Positions 12,121 through 28,100 of a DNA stretch of 64,000 nt are shown here, one piece after another (the first letter of the stretch is position 1; the number at the start of each line of letters is the position of its first letter). Under the pieces are notes generated by a model. The model was not told where the DNA came from. It saw only the letters and a list, made by a program, of their open reading frames with translations, and made no database searches. This DNA is from Octopus vulgaris (taxonomy: Eukaryota): positions 66,030,001 through 66,094,000 of the forward strand of contig OX597822.1 in assembly GCA_951406725.2 (NCBI GenBank), written 5' to 3'. The translations under genes were made by a program, and so were the position numbers.

Positions 12121-13194
12121 TAGTTCGTGTATATTATAAATATTCTAAAAATGAATTGAACATCTTAACATTTTTTTAAAATGTAGTACTATGCTGTGGT
12201 ACAGTATTTCAGCATTATATTATACATTTTATAGCATGATACTAAAAGTGGGTTAAAAAAAAATTTTTTTTTAACTTTAATTCCTAAGTAATATAAGAAA
12301 ACCTGCAATGTGATGTATTTAGACTACATATTGGTACTTTTATTTTAATGGAGAAATTTACTATAATTCATGTTTGTTTTTAATCTACTGAAGTTAAACA
12401 TAGTTGTTAGGTATCTAAACAATACGAAAAAAAAAAACAGGCATGATGATGTTATGAAATTTGTAAACTCTGAAAACACAAAGGAATTAAGCATGCATAT
12501 AAGTATAGACGCATCTTAATGTTCGTCTAAGCGTATATAAATATATTAGACTATATCTAACGTAACTGTAAATGTGGCAAGGCTATTGGAACATTTTCAC
12601 TCAAGCTTGCAAGCACGGATGCCCACCACTTATTTCCTTCTTTCGACTAACCTCTCTCTCACTCTTTCATTTTGTTTCTCTCTTATAGCATGTGTGTATG
12701 TGTGTGCGAGTACTTTTATAATCAAATGCGTGAGGGTTTGTGTGTATGTGTGTGAGTGTGTGTGTACCTTTACATTAGATATAGCAAAGCAAAACGACAA
12801 ACACAAACAAACAAGATATTCAAAATTTGTTAGCTACAAGTTAACAACGAACCGCTATATATACATATATTTAATATATTAGACAGAGCGATGGTTAAAT
12901 TCTAAGAGATAAATTCTAAACGATCCTTATAGACGCCTTTAATTGGAATATATACGACATAATGGGAGTATATAAATCTTTTTTTCTTTATTTATTTGGC
13001 TGAGTTTAATAATTTTGAAAACATAATTCTATGTTCCATTATTACACTGTAACACAGCAAAATAAATTAATTTGACAATTTAAAAAAAAATACAAATAAA
13101 CACAAATACGCACTCGCGCATGAACACTCACGTACGCCCATTCTCTATCCCTTAATGTGTGTCTATTTATATCCCAGTGTATATATATATAAAA

Positions 13195-13238
<44 letters not shown>

Positions 13239-13414
13239 CATATAGGGGTCACACGCTCGCTTTCACAAGCTATGATTCTTTCTTTACACAAGCATATATG
13301 CACATATAACGTCTCTATCTATCTATCTGCCTACACACACACACACACAATATATATATATATATATATAGGTATCGGTATATAGGTATACTTATATAGG
13401 CATATATACATATA

Positions 13415-13480
<66 letters not shown>

Positions 13481-14514
13481 TTTATATTTATATATACACG
13501 ATTCTCTGCTGTATATAATAACGTGCTCGTTTTTAGTTGTATATACGTTTATGTATGATTGTTGTGTTTTTAGACTAATTTTTATCACAGATATAAACTC
13601 GTTAAATTTACTTGGTAATAATAATATATAAAAAAGAAAAAATTTGCAGTGTCTTGTTGAGAAACAATGAAGTCAGACAACCATAGAGATGCGATTATAT
13701 TTAGCGCGTAATAAATCTTTGGAAATTTTTAATATCAGGCTGTACAATAATTTTAAAGAATGAAATCAATTTATAACTGAAGCTGCTTAGATGAATGTTT
13801 AATATTATTTTGTATTTTATTGATGTATTTATGTCAGAAGAAATACACACACAGATACATATACGCATCCATACATGCGCATGGACATATATACGTAAAA
13901 CCAAGCAAATACAAAATAAAATAAAACAGAATTGAAATCAGTCAAAAATTATCAGTCTATCGCAAAATATTGGTTGCTCCTTGGTGCCTGAAGCAAAAAG
14001 TAAATGCTAAAGTTTAAATTATATACCGAACGATGTAGATTAAAATTGCTATGGTTCATTATATTACAGGAAATAATTAAGTTAAATTAAATGATAATAC
14101 TGTTACACAAACTAATATGATAACGTATAAATGACCTTTTTAAATATATTTACTTTAGTTCTCGACTTTTCTTTTTGGTTGTTGTGTTAAGTGTATTTTC
14201 ATATAATATTATAATTCAAAATGTAAAAAATAAATTTTCGTTTTTTTTCATACGTCACGAAAATCAAATCTCGTACTCACACGTAAATTTATTACGAGCC
14301 TCATTAATCTGACCTTCATATTTTATGACATAATTTATCATATAACGTTGTACGCTACCTAAAGGCTGACAAAAAATCTAACTACATTAAATTACTGATT
14401 ACTATAATAATTATGGCTTCTTAAATTATGAATGGAACCATTTTACGAAAATATATTAGTCTTACTCTGCATGAGTTTTACACTGTAACTATTGTATGTA
14501 TGCAAGTATGTATG

Positions 14515-14574
<60 letters not shown>

Positions 14575-15284
14575 TGTATGTATGTATGTATGTATGTAGC
14601 GAGAGAGGGAGAGAGAGAGAGAGAGATGGATACACGTATGCATGTCTCACTTCTAATAATTTTCATTTTGGTGAAGGATTTGCCCGAAGAATTAACCGAT
14701 TCTACAGAGACACAAAAAAAATCTAAAGAATTTTGCATAATAATTTTACTTAAAATTTAATCATCATCCTAAATAATATTAAGCATTGAACAAGCTCTAG
14801 TCCCGAATTGAATCGTGAAGGATGTGACGTTCTTTGATGCACCGCATGAAAAAAATTGCAACATATGTTAAGACACACAGCGTGGCGAAACTATCAGCAG
14901 AGTGAAAACCTGCAGTAAGCTAGCAAGAATCGCACTCTTAGCGATTGCATATGTGGTGTCATGTAGTAAGTACTGTTTTATTGCTTTTTCAGCAAGTGTC
15001 CAAAGATTCTGTATACTGTAATCTGTGGGAACAATACGCGTTTAAAGTAAGGACTAGAATATTAATCCGCTATCAAATACATATATTGTTGTTGCTGATT
15101 TGTCGTTACTCTTGCTTAATCTCATTTCCTCAAACTCTAAATACCGAAGATACAGAACTATTACTGTGATCGTAATATTTTTTCAATTTTTAAGACTTGG
15201 TGGATTTATATTATACGAAATCTTTACGCAGTCTTTGGAACTACTAGTAGTATCAGTTACATGTCGTTCAAGACATAAAACCTA

Positions 15285-15640
15285 TTGTGCGTGTGTGGTC
15301 AGAAGCATGCTTCCCAACCACATGGTTTTGGATTCAGTCCCACTGCGTGGCACCTTGGGCAAGCGTCTTCTAGTATAGCCTTGAGCCGACCAAAGCCTTA
15401 TCAGTGGATTTGGTAAATGGAAACTGAAAGAGGCCTGTAGTTGGATCCCTTTCCTACCGCTTGACAACCGATGTTGGTGTGTTTATATCCCCATAACTTA
15501 GCGTTTCGGCAGAAGGGATTGATAGAATAAGTACCTGTATCACAAAGAATAAATCGTGAGGTCAATTTCTTCGACTAAAGTGCAGTGCTCCCGCACGGCC
15601 ACAATCAAAATGACGGAAACAAATAAACGAACAAAATAAA
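15285..15640 (+). mobile_element. SINE family A
   Basis: CCCAACCACATGG...TTCAGTCCCACTGCGTGGCACCTTGGGCAAG...GATAGAATAAGTAC. Confidence 0.85.
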
Positions 15641-15825
15641 AGAATCAAAGAATACTGGGAGGATTAGATTACTTGTCTAACACTTGTGTCTTATTGCTTA
15701 CTTGGTCATTTACATAATTTTACTAAGCAACGCCCCTAGTCTGAAAATTTTACATGACCAGATGTGCAACTATTTTAAAATTGACTTCTTGGAGCAGCTA
15801 ATAAAATGCACTTATATTTGTGAGC

Positions 15826-15899
<74 letters not shown>

Positions 15900-15939
15900 T
15901 ATAATAATAATAATAAAAACAACAGCAACAACAACAACA

Positions 15940-16125
15940 ACAATATTGATAAATACTTAGGAATGAGAACCCAGTTTCGAAATTTCCCCAAGACACCTGA
16001 TGAAGGTTGGAGGGTGTATCAGCCGAAACGTTGTGTTAACAACAATCAAGATGAGGACAAATATCCTTCAAATGTAATTAATGTAAATAATGTACATAAT
16101 TCCTCATCTCTTAAATATAGAACTG
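15940..16125 (+). mobile_element. Hammerhead-bearing non-coding element (family H1), headless copy after (AAT)n/(AAC)n
   Basis: Homologous to both arms at 59172-59635: TTAGGAATGAGAACCCAG...GACACCTGATGAAG...GATGAGGACAAAT...AAATATAGAAC. Confidence 0.8.
15992..16037 (+). ncRNA. Minimal type-I hammerhead ribozyme motif (Penelope-like)
   Basis: GACAC-CUGAUGA-A-GGUUG[GAGGGUGUAU]CAGCC-GAAAC-GUU-GUGUU. Helix I GACAC/GUGUU, helix II of 5 bp, palindromic AACGUU in place of helix III. Confidence 0.8.
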
Positions 16126-16772
16126 TATTAGAAATAATACATACTAAACACTGATATCCAAGAGAGCAAACTGTAGTACAGATTTAAGAGTATTTTTCTC
16201 AAATAGAATAAAATAATTTTTGCTTTTTAAGTAAAACCAAAAGGATAAATACGAAAATTTAAAGCTAAATTACAAACGTGTAGATATTGCTGAATGAAAT
16301 ATCTGTACTTTTCCCACATGACAGCTAAATAATAGATGTCCTGTTTTGGCGGATTTTAAAGATTACCTTGAATATCTGCCGAGAAGAATTCTAGAGTTCT
16401 TCGTATGTGTTAGGGCTGAATGGAGAACATGGTCTATTATAGTTCTTATATTGAAAACATGACAGGGATTTATTTTAGTGACAGAAACTAAAACAGAAAT
16501 TTAAGGTAATTCCTCTGGATGTAAAGAATATTAATATCATTCTGTATGTCTAGTAATACAAAATCCTTCTTTTATTTGCATTAGAAATGTTATTATTCAA
16601 CATAATTCTACATAATTTCGATTGTTCAAGGAAAAAATTACTAAAAGAAACCAGTTGTAATTCGCACGAAAACCTACGAATAACGTAAAAGTATACCTAT
16701 CTGCTAATGTGCATATAAATAAGCTTAGCTCATTCGTGCACACTCATATTTGATATATTACCAGTGATTCAC

Positions 16773-16995
16773 GTGGAGGCGCGTGGCTTAGTGGCTAGGG
16801 TGTCAGCATCATGATCGTAAGATTGTAGTTTCGATTCCTGGCACGGGCGACTTCATTTCACGTTGCTCCAGTCAACTCAGCTGGCAAAAATGAGTAACGC
16901 TGCGATGGACAAGTGTCCCGTCCAGCTGGGGAACACATACGCCATCGAAACCGGGAAACCGGACCCATGAACCTGGCTAGGCTTTAAAAGAGTGC
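16773..16995 (+). mobile_element. tRNA-headed SINE family D
   Basis: GGCGCGTGGCTTAGTGGCTAGG (A box), GTTTCGATTCC (B box), GCGATGGAC...CCCGTCCAG central motif. Related to 45490-45782. Confidence 0.75.
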
Positions 16996-17272
16996 ATTTA
17001 AACAATTTTTTTATTTTTTACCTGTGATTCACATAGATTTACATCCGGAATGTTTAAAAGGTTTGAAACATACACAAAGCAAACATAAAATCCATTCCAC
17101 ACATCAATAATATAGACATATCAATAAAAAAAAAAACAGAAACACAAACGAAAATCTTCACTATATCATTGGTGAAATCTAAATTAGAACACGAAAAATA
17201 GTAAATATCTATTCTTCCCTGCTTACTTTTCATGAATGATAATTTCCGTACGATTTACTCCTCAATATTTAT

Positions 17273-17512
17273 TTAAAATTCAGAGAAAGGTAAGATAGTA
17301 TGTTGGGCGGTAAGCTGAAAATCGACTGGTTTTCCGACGTCACCAACCACTGCAGCAATCTCTGATTTTTTCATGAAATTATCTGAAAGAACATTACAGA
17401 AAATTCGTAGCTGCCTCTCATCAATCCGCACAGTGACCCAGAAACTATTATGCGACGGGATTCTTAAAATATTTCTACGATAGTGACTTGGTCTTTGTGA
17501 AAGAGATGCCAT
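17273..17512 (-). pseudogene. Possible Tc1-like transposase N-terminal relic
   Basis: RIDERQLRIFCNVLSDNFMKKSEIAAVVGDVGKPV loosely resembles the second Tc1 HTH region. No catalytic motifs or TIRs found. Confidence 0.25.
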
Positions 17513-18243
17513 AATATTTTTGAACGTTTCCTGTGTTTGTCATGAAATATACGTGTGAGAATAACAAACTTTGCTTCTGGCTTCATATTTTCCTGTTTTA
17601 TTATTACAGAACACAGGCTATAGTAAGGCAGCGCGAGAGGTATCGAGACAAATAGATAGGAAAAACAGCTCCATATCTTGATTATGTGTTCATTTCAGAC
17701 GTATAAGGGTAGTGTTGACATCGGAGAGATTTGAACCGTAACGCAGAGAACCGGAGCAATTAGAAGACGATAAAATGGACGATCTTTGACGGACTAATAT
17801 GAACACCTTTATATCAGTATTTTCAGGAAAACGGCGAATTAAATAGATGAATTCTGGTTTGATTTCTTGAAAAATAGAGAATTCCATTAATGCACAATTA
17901 GACAAATTGGTTTAAACCCGGAAGTATTATTGCTTTCGTTAAGTCGACATTTTATGAGCAGAAAAATTCGTCCATAACCACCCCAAATTTTTGTTTGTTT
18001 CGTTAGGAAATCTCCAATATTTACGTCTGTAGTATTATCAACACATTTAATAATTTTTTTATTTCTTTGATAATATTTTGCGGTATATATTTCAGCATCA
18101 TACATTTCTCAAACACCCATGTCCTTCCTAACATACGTAGCTTTGTCTGAAAGATGGCTTCGCAAAAACCATTTTGCTGAAAGTGTTTTCTGTGTTTTAG
18201 GAATTGTTCATCCATACTGAAAAAATTCAAATGTAACATTGTT

Positions 18244-18276
<33 letters not shown>

Positions 18277-18397
18277 ACACACACATACACACACACACAT
18301 ACACACACACTCACACACACACACGCACTCACACATGCACACACACACAAAGAATAAACTATATAGTTATAAACTGCAGGCATACACATAAACGCAC

Positions 18398-18442
<45 letters not shown>

Positions 18443-18727
18443 CGTATATGCATATGTGCACTATATATACTTGCAGATAGACTGACTAGCATATAACATC
18501 AAACAATAATAAATGTTTTTTTAGAAATAACATTTACAGCATGACCTACGGCAGAAATTAGGAAACGAAGAAAACATCTTATCGAATAAATAAAATAAAA
18601 TTATGCATAAGCAAATGAAATTTCACATACCTACGGATATCAGGAGAAACGTTGTAGATACAAAAGTGAGCAGACAATATTTCATTTATACACTTTAAAA
18701 TTATAGAAGTGCTTTAAAACATTTTCC

Positions 18728-19722
<995 letters not shown>

Positions 19723-19745
19723 CTCTACCTGCTAAAGACACTCTT

Positions 19746-19813
<68 letters not shown>

Positions 19814-19833
19814 TGTGTGTGTGTGTGTGTGTG

Positions 19834-21094
19834 TATCTGGTCATTAAGAATAAAATGTTCAATATCGAACTGATAGTTTATTTTACTTTATGTCAACAAA
19901 AAACGATGCAATTCATTAAACTATACACCTAGATTATCAACACAATTTTGCCATTTTTTGGTAGCTTATTTATGCCGGCAGCGAAGAATACCGATGAGCA
20001 AGAGGTGATGAAATCACGAAAGGTTCTTTTTGCATCTTCTTCACATTTGAACTTTATTTTTTCCTTGCAAAAATTTGTCTAATGCCTGGAAACCGTGATA
20101 GTCAGTTGCTACAAGGTCTGGTGAATATGGTGGATGACAGTGTACTTCCAAGTCCAGTTCCTGTAACTTCAGTAACGTTCCTGTAACTTCAGTTACGTTC
20201 TTTGCAAGAGAAGGGGCCTGTCTCTATTGACCAATCTCGGTTGTTTAATAAGAAGTCCACTCGTCAGTTCATCCAATCGTTTGATGTATACACCCGCTGT
20301 AATTAACTTACCAGCTCTCATGAAGCTTGACCGCCGAACAGACACCATTATCTCTCTTTGGTAGATACTCTTTTCTGGATTGTGCTTTGTCACTTCGTCC
20401 ATCCAACCACCATGCAGAACGATGGCTATTGTTGAAAAGAATCCATTTTTCATCACACATAACAATGCGATGCAAAAATAGTTTTCTTTTATACCGTGGC
20501 AGCAAAGAACAGCAAGTATCAAGACGACGTGTCATTTGATGCTCGTTCACTTCGTGTGGTACCCACTTATCCAGCTTCTTTAAGCTTCTTTATCCTGTCT
20601 ATTTGTTTCAGATGGTCCAATACCTTTGAAATGGAAATATCAAACCTTGCTGCTAACTCGCGCGTAGTTTGAGATGTATGCGCTTCTACTACAATTTCCA
20701 TCTCATCATAATCCTCCTTGGTCTCGGGTTTCTCACGCGGTTGATTTTCTAGAGTAAAGTCATAAACCGGACCTCCTCAAATCATCGACGTACAGTACGC
20801 CCATTCACCACATCTTCACCAACCACCTCATTGATGTTTCGAGTTCTCTGGGATGCACTGGTTCAACGACGGAACCCATATTGATAAACAACACAAATTT
20901 TCGATCTATCCAGGGGTTCACAAAAATTGATTTACAAGGAAAAACTATCACAATATTATCATCACCATAGATTGCATTTCGAAAAGTAATGATATAATTC
21001 TTCAATGTCGTACAACAAAGACTTGCCAGCATAAAACATTTGCGTCAAATTTGGTGCATAAGTAATTGAATATTTCATTCTTAATGATCTGATA
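19834..21094 (-). mobile_element. Full-length but decayed mariner transposon (about 1.26 kb)
   Basis: TIRs TATCTGGTCATTAAGAATAAAATGTTCAAT / ATTGAATATTTCATTCTTAATGATCTGATA (4 mismatches in 30). Transposase motifs RNINEVVGEDV, DKWVPHE, RIVMCDEKW, HPPYSPDL, KWQNCVDN, with stops and frameshifts. Confidence 0.92.
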
Positions 21095-21142
21095 TATATA
21101 TATGTGTGTGTATATATATTTAAACATATAGATATATATGTG

Positions 21143-21182
<40 letters not shown>

Positions 21183-21344
21183 TACAGATATATAGGTGTA
21201 TGTATATATATATAAATACATACACACATACATCCATACAGGGCCTGAATTTTTACCAACCTATCCTCTTTTGAAGATCGAACTTTGGAACTGCTGCATT
21301 ACTGTGAAAGCACCGTAGTTCTAGCATCTAACTGAGCTTATTGC

Positions 21345-21600
21345 TATCAAAATCTCGTGAATACATCCTCGAGGTACATAAATATTCCCTGTTGTCCCAG
21401 CGCCGTTCCACTAATATGAAGAACGCACTGGATATTTTATTGAGACAATATCTGAGTCTTCGCAATTATAATTCTCATCCCTACCTTGTAGCATTCTATA
21501 GTGGACCCACTCAGTTTAAGCTGGAAATCCTTTTCTACCGATCCAAGTAGCACCATGTCGTCTGCAGACATCAACCGACCGATTCTACGCACACCGAGTG
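21345..21600 (-). pseudogene. LINE RT fragment (RTE-like), degraded
   Basis: RIGRLMSADDMVLLGSVEKDFQLKL...ECYKVGMRIIIAKT...GTALGQQGIFMYLEDVFT: the YADD-equivalent through the F.YLG motif. Confidence 0.7.
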
Positions 21601-23239
21601 TGATATTACTTCCAAAATGGCTGCGTAGATAAAAATTATTAAGAAATAAGTTTACCTTCCGAGTTCAAAATTTAGTGCGGCAGATGTTAGCGTTCATCCG
21701 TCAAATATCTGTAAAATAAGAAAATAGTCAAGAACTAGGGTTAATATAACAGCTGTACCGAAAAAAAGTAAAAGCAATTAATTTTTTTAGCCTTTTGGCA
21801 ATGTTAAAAGTGAAAACATCAATTGATGGAAAATATCCACAGAATGCATTGAAAAGTACTTTTCAATACTACACAAATATATGTAATAAACATCATGGAG
21901 TCTCTGGGCATCTGCCTGGGGAAAGAGAACAAAGATTCGTTTATCATAATTGTTGTGTGTATACGTCATAAGAAACGTGTTGAAACTCATAGACACTCTA
22001 ACACACATCCATTTATGCACTTTTCCACCTATTTATTTACTTGTATCCTTTTTAGTCGTTACTTGTATTATTCGCTACAAATTTTCTCCTTTACTGTGAA
22101 TTAATCTGAAGCAAGGTGTCTGCTAACTGTGTCTTGAGTAAACTTAATAAAATAGATAACATACATAATTTAACTTTATTTGCATATTTGCCTCTTCCTT
22201 TTCTGTTCTGTTGCAATTCATTCACTTGTATTGTTATTCTCGACATATTTTTATTTCATTATTTCGTATTGTCTATTATCCTATGGCATTCTATTCCATT
22301 TAAATCGTCACCTTCCATTCTCGCACACAGTCACTCTGTCACACATACATAAAGCTTTAATGAATGTGCGAAAAATGTCCTTTACACAAGAAGCTACTCT
22401 GTCGTAGACAACCTTATCCGTAGGAGGACTGAACTGGCCTATAGCACCAGAGAATTTAATGCGTAACAACTCATATTGTATTCCGGTACCGAAAAACCGT
22501 TTTTCTCATAACCCTCACCTTACATTTCTAAATACTTACATCTCTACTCTACACCCGTTAAATAGTGATATTTTCAATGTTAGAATACGTCTCAACATAC
22601 TCGATTAGAACAAATTTGACGTTAGACATCAGACATCTTGTTTTAAGATTTATCTGCTCAAAAGACAACTGACCTACGGTCTTGTCCTTAGGTTGGAAAA
22701 AAAGGAAAATAAATTAATATTTTGACCAAGAAACACTGGGTAGCTGTATTTATGAAGATTTAGAGGCTTTTATAACATATATAACAAGGCACTTAAATGA
22801 TGTAATATCTTCATTAATCACTTAAAAATTCGTTGGAAATATCTGCAGAGAATTGACATATATATCTGTTGTTATTTGTATAAATACAAAAACATACATA
22901 CGTACGTACATACATACATACATACATACATAAATACATACATACATACATACATACATACATACATACATACATACATACATACATACATACATACGTA
23001 CATACATACGTACATACAATTTGTTTGTATTTATTATATCCCAAAGATGGAGCCATGTATCTTTGTTGGAAGTTGATTCATTATTCAGTGGAAGATTTAT
23101 AATGAGTAAAAAAATAAAAAGACACACATATACACACACGTTTACACACACACACACACACATATATATGTATATCTATCTATTTATATATGTATATATG
23201 TATATATGTATATACATATAGTTATATATACATATATAT

Positions 23240-23342
<103 letters not shown>

Positions 23343-23598
23343 CATATATATTTATATAAATTTACTATAAATAAAGATAAGATCGTTATTCAAATATCGA
23401 ATTTATCAAGTGGCCAGCATGGGAATAAAAACCTTCAAAGGTAATAAGTATTATTAAAATTATAATTTAGGGTATCTGAGAGATACCACCACGCTTGAAA
23501 TAGCAGCCAAAACTTGACTCTAAAACCACATTAATATGGTTTTAAAGTCAAGTTTTGGCTGCTATTTCAAACGTATCTCTTATATACCTAAATTATAA

Positions 23599-23681
<83 letters not shown>

Positions 23682-23688
23682 GTATTTA

Positions 23689-23733
<45 letters not shown>

Positions 23734-24776
23734 GTATTTATATATGTGTATATATATATATATACATACATACACACAAACATATGATGTGTGTGCGTGG
23801 GCGTGCGTGCTTGTGTGTCAAATGGTGTAATCATTCTTTTCATTATGAACATAATCCTAACATTAAAAACTTTCACATGTTTCCTCATGAGGAAAGTAAT
23901 GCGAACTGATACATAGCATTATTTTCAACATAAAGTAAATATATACCGCAAATCAAAACTAAATATACTCTACCTTTTAAATGCAGTGTGCTTTTTGCGT
24001 TTCTTTTGTGACTGCACTTTTGAGAATCTTAAGTTCTTTTTTAGTTCATGCTAGAGATCCCTACTATTTCTAGACATCCATACTTGGTTCATTCCAGACA
24101 TCTGAACACTTACTCTATGTCATAGTTGCCTCACTAATTCTTTTCTCAATTGTCCTTATTTTCCAACGCTAAATATTTTCATTACGTTGACACATTATTT
24201 CTCTCGTACATGGTCTTTCGTTCTTCCTATCATTTATCGCGCATCTTAAATGTCAACTTCTCATGACGCTGCTTGTATAATTGTAGCCATGCCTTTCTAA
24301 AATTTATTTAACAATTTATATATCACAATCCTCCCTCTCTCCCTCTCTCTCTCTCTCCTTCTCTGCATCACTCTATCCATTTCTCTCTCTCTTTCTCTTT
24401 CTCTCCCGCAAACTCCCTCCCTCTATTTAATTATCTATCGATCTACCGATCGATCGATCTGTCTGTCTGTCCATCTATCTATAAATCCATCAGTCGATCT
24501 ATTCGTCGATCTACCCGTCTGCCTGTCTCTCTATCTATCTTTCTACCTGTCTGTCATTTGTTTGTTCGTTTGTCTGTCTGTCTGTCTGTCTGTCCATTTG
24601 CATGTATGTACATACATGAATACATGCTCTCTGTACATAGATATACATATATACACACACATGTGAGTGTAAGTTTGTGTGTGTGTGGTATGTGTGTGTG
24701 TTTATGTGTAGATTTGTGTAAGTAAATATTTGTCTTTGCACGTGTAGTCTTCACAATATTAATATAAATACAAGAA

Positions 24777-25175
24777 TAGGCGTAGGAGTGGCTAAGTGGT
24801 AACTCGCTTGCTTACTAACCAAATGGTATGGGTTCAGTACCAATATCTGGTAACTTGGGCAAGTGTTTCTGCTATAGCCTCGGACCAACCAAAGTCTTGT
24901 GAGTGCATTTGGCAGACGGAAACTGAAAGACGCCCGTCGTGTATATGTATATGTGTGTGTCTGTGAGTGTGTGGGGGGTGTTTGTGTGTCTGCGTTTGTC
25001 CCCACATCATCGTTTGACAACCGATGTTGAAAATTATCGATTCGACAAAAGATAAAATAAGTACTAGGCTTAGAAATATTAAGTCTTCGGGTTGATTTGT
25101 TCGTCTAAAAAGGTGGTGTTCCAGCATGGCCGCAGTCAAATGACTGAAAGATACAAAAGAGTAACAGAATAAAAG
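24777..25175 (+). mobile_element. SINE family A
   Basis: AGGCGTAGGAGTGGCT...CTTGGGCAAGTG...CCAGCATGGCCGCAGTCAAATGACTGAAA. Confidence 0.85.
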
Positions 25176-25186
25176 AATAGGCACAC

Positions 25187-25273
<87 letters not shown>

Positions 25274-25519
25274 AGAGAGAAAATAGTAAAAAGTGAATAA
25301 AGTAAAGAAGGCTTGTTTTAAAAGGTTAAAAAATATATATTTGAGTCATTATGTCAGAGGAATGTTATAATTTTTTTCATACAGTGACATAGTTTTTGCA
25401 AAAACTATGTCACTGTATGAAAAAAGTGTTTTCACTTTTTACTATTTTCTATATATTCAACCACGTGCTTTCACACACCAACTTTCTCACCTATATATAT
25501 ATATATATATATATACACT

Positions 25520-25918
25520 TTACTTTTTTACTCGTTTCAGTCATTTGACTATGGCCATGTTGCAGCACCACATTTACTCGAGCAAATGGACCCCAAGACT
25601 TATTTTTTGTAAGCCTAGTACTTATTCTATCGGTCTCTTTTGCCGAACCACTAAGATACGGGGACTAAACACACCAGCATCGGTTGTGAAGCGATGTTGG
25701 GGTGGGGGTGGGGCAAACACAGACACACAAACATACACATACATGTACATATATACGACGGGCTTCTTTCAGATTCCGTCTACCAAATCCACTCACAAGG
25801 ATTTGGTCGGCCTGAGGCTAAAGTAGAAAACACTTGACCAAGGTGCCACGCTGTAGGACTGAACCCGGAACCATGTCGTTGTTTAGCAAGCTACTTACCA
25901 CACAGTCACTCCTACCCC
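25520..25918 (-). mobile_element. SINE family A
   Basis: TTTCAGTCATTTGACTATGGCCATG...CCAAGGTGCCACGC...TTACCACACAGTCACTCC. Confidence 0.85.
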
Positions 25919-26011
<93 letters not shown>

Positions 26012-26731
26012 GATAAACACGCATACGTTCATGTATGTGGCTATCTTACTTAGTCAATGACACTGTTCATAGCAAACGCGTTGTACACAACCTCTCCTCC
26101 AACAATAAACGCTCTTAAGTATTAATACTATCTTCGTCGCTCACCGTGAATCTAAATGCCAAATTAACTTCGTTCCGCGCAATCTCTTGAAGAGCTGCCA
26201 ATATACAGCTGATCGCGTCGCCTACTTGAATCCGCTAACGCAATTCGAATGCCAGCTAACATGAATTGACTTTTAAAATACTAATTTATTGCATCTTGCC
26301 ATCAGAATGGAAACATGAAATGTCTGCTTAAAGTGAATGTATTCAATTTTATCATACATGACGATACAGCAACATGTAACATGGCGTTCGAGAGAAACAC
26401 GAATAAAAGAATCTCTCAAACTCTCATTAGAAGTGAATATGAAAGTGTGTGTTGTAGAATAAATTCTTAAATAGTCTAGTGGATATGAAAATTTGATTAT
26501 TTTAAACACTATTCAACTGAATCCCCTTCAAATTAATTGGGAGGAAGTTTTATTGTAACAAGCAGAGATGTGTCTTCTTATAAATCTTAATTGTAAAGAC
26601 ATCACACTGTCGAATAAACGCAAGAGTGAGGTTGTGTCTTTGGCGGTGATTCACAAAACGACAAACAAACGTGAAACATACATACATATATATGCATATA
26701 TTCTTACATACTTATGTATGTACACACACAC

Positions 26732-26797
<66 letters not shown>

Positions 26798-27284
26798 TTG
26801 TGTATGTTTGTGTACATATATATGTATGGTATGAAGATACTTCTATTTAGTCTTAAATATATATGTATATATACACACACAATATAAATATGTGTAGCGT
26901 CCAATAACACTATACTTGTTCCACGTCCTCGCGTTGTTGTGTTTTCTCTTTGTGTTTTCATGTTTGGATTAACTATATATATATATACAGTCATACATAT
27001 ATACATATATATGTGTGTGTGTATGTTTATGTGTGTGTGTATTCATATAAGTGTGCTTGTATTTATGTATACAATGTATATTGGAACAATATATTTAGTT
27101 TTACGGAAATAGTGTTTGTAAAACTAAACACCGACACACGTGTGCACATACACTCACGCGGACAAACACACACACATGGGTAACGGCATAAGTACAGTTG
27201 CGTGATTAAGATCATATTCTAATGATTGAAAAAAAAGACAAAAGAAAAACAAAAGATGTCTTTGGTTATGGTAACTCTTTCGGG

Positions 27285-28100
27285 CTTGCTGCATTTTACG
27301 CAGATAGCGTGACACAAAAGTTTTATGGCCACGAAAAGAGAATAGTAGGGACAGCCAAGAAATCTTTCAATGTTAATCTTATACAGAAAGACCTAGCTTC
27401 CATTTATAAACGGGTTGAATAAAACAACATGCAATTTGATACATGCAAATTCCAATTCCACTGCTATTAGTTAGATTGTGTTCATATGCTTCAACAATGA
27501 CACTTTGGATCAAAAGTTGCGGTTAATCACAGAGAAAAATACACTGCGGGATCTGGGGATTGATATAATCAACAAAGTCTCGTTTCATCTACATATCAGT
27601 AATATGGTGACAATATGCAGGTGACTGGTCGGATGAATTCTGAAAACTTTCTGAACAAGAGACCAGTAAACTATGCTGGTTCTCTGGAGGACATTTGTAA
27701 TCAGCCACTGTATTACTGGTCTCAACTCTGGTCATACCACAGTGTTAAATAAATAGCGGAACTTGAGGCAATTCAGTTGTGCTACGCCAGGAAGATTGCA
27801 TGTGCCCTATTGGGAACATGTGCCCTCTTGGAAGGGACAGAAGGAGCTACGACTCTACTCCCCAGAGCTAAGACCCGAAGACCTGACAGCTATGCAGTGA
27901 TAAATATATGAAAGATCATGGAGGGATTGGCACAAAACTTTGGATTCGCCGAACTGGATGTTACTGCACAGTTCAAAAGTTCCCACCTGTTCCTTCAAGA
28001 TAGTGACCATGTATTACAAGGGCTTGGGTTTCAACTGCTCACAGCTATTTAATAACCTGCCAAAGCACTTAAGGTATGTACATAAATTACGTAAAGTTTT
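27285..28100 (+). pseudogene. Old CR1/L2-group LINE ORF2 fragment (end of RT to C-terminus)
   Basis: FYADS...IQKDLASIYKRVE*NNMQFDTCKF; LRDLGIDI; ILKTF*TRDQ*TMLVLWRTFV; SQLWS...ELEAIQ; LRLYS; LFNNLPKHLR. Many stops. Confidence 0.75.
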
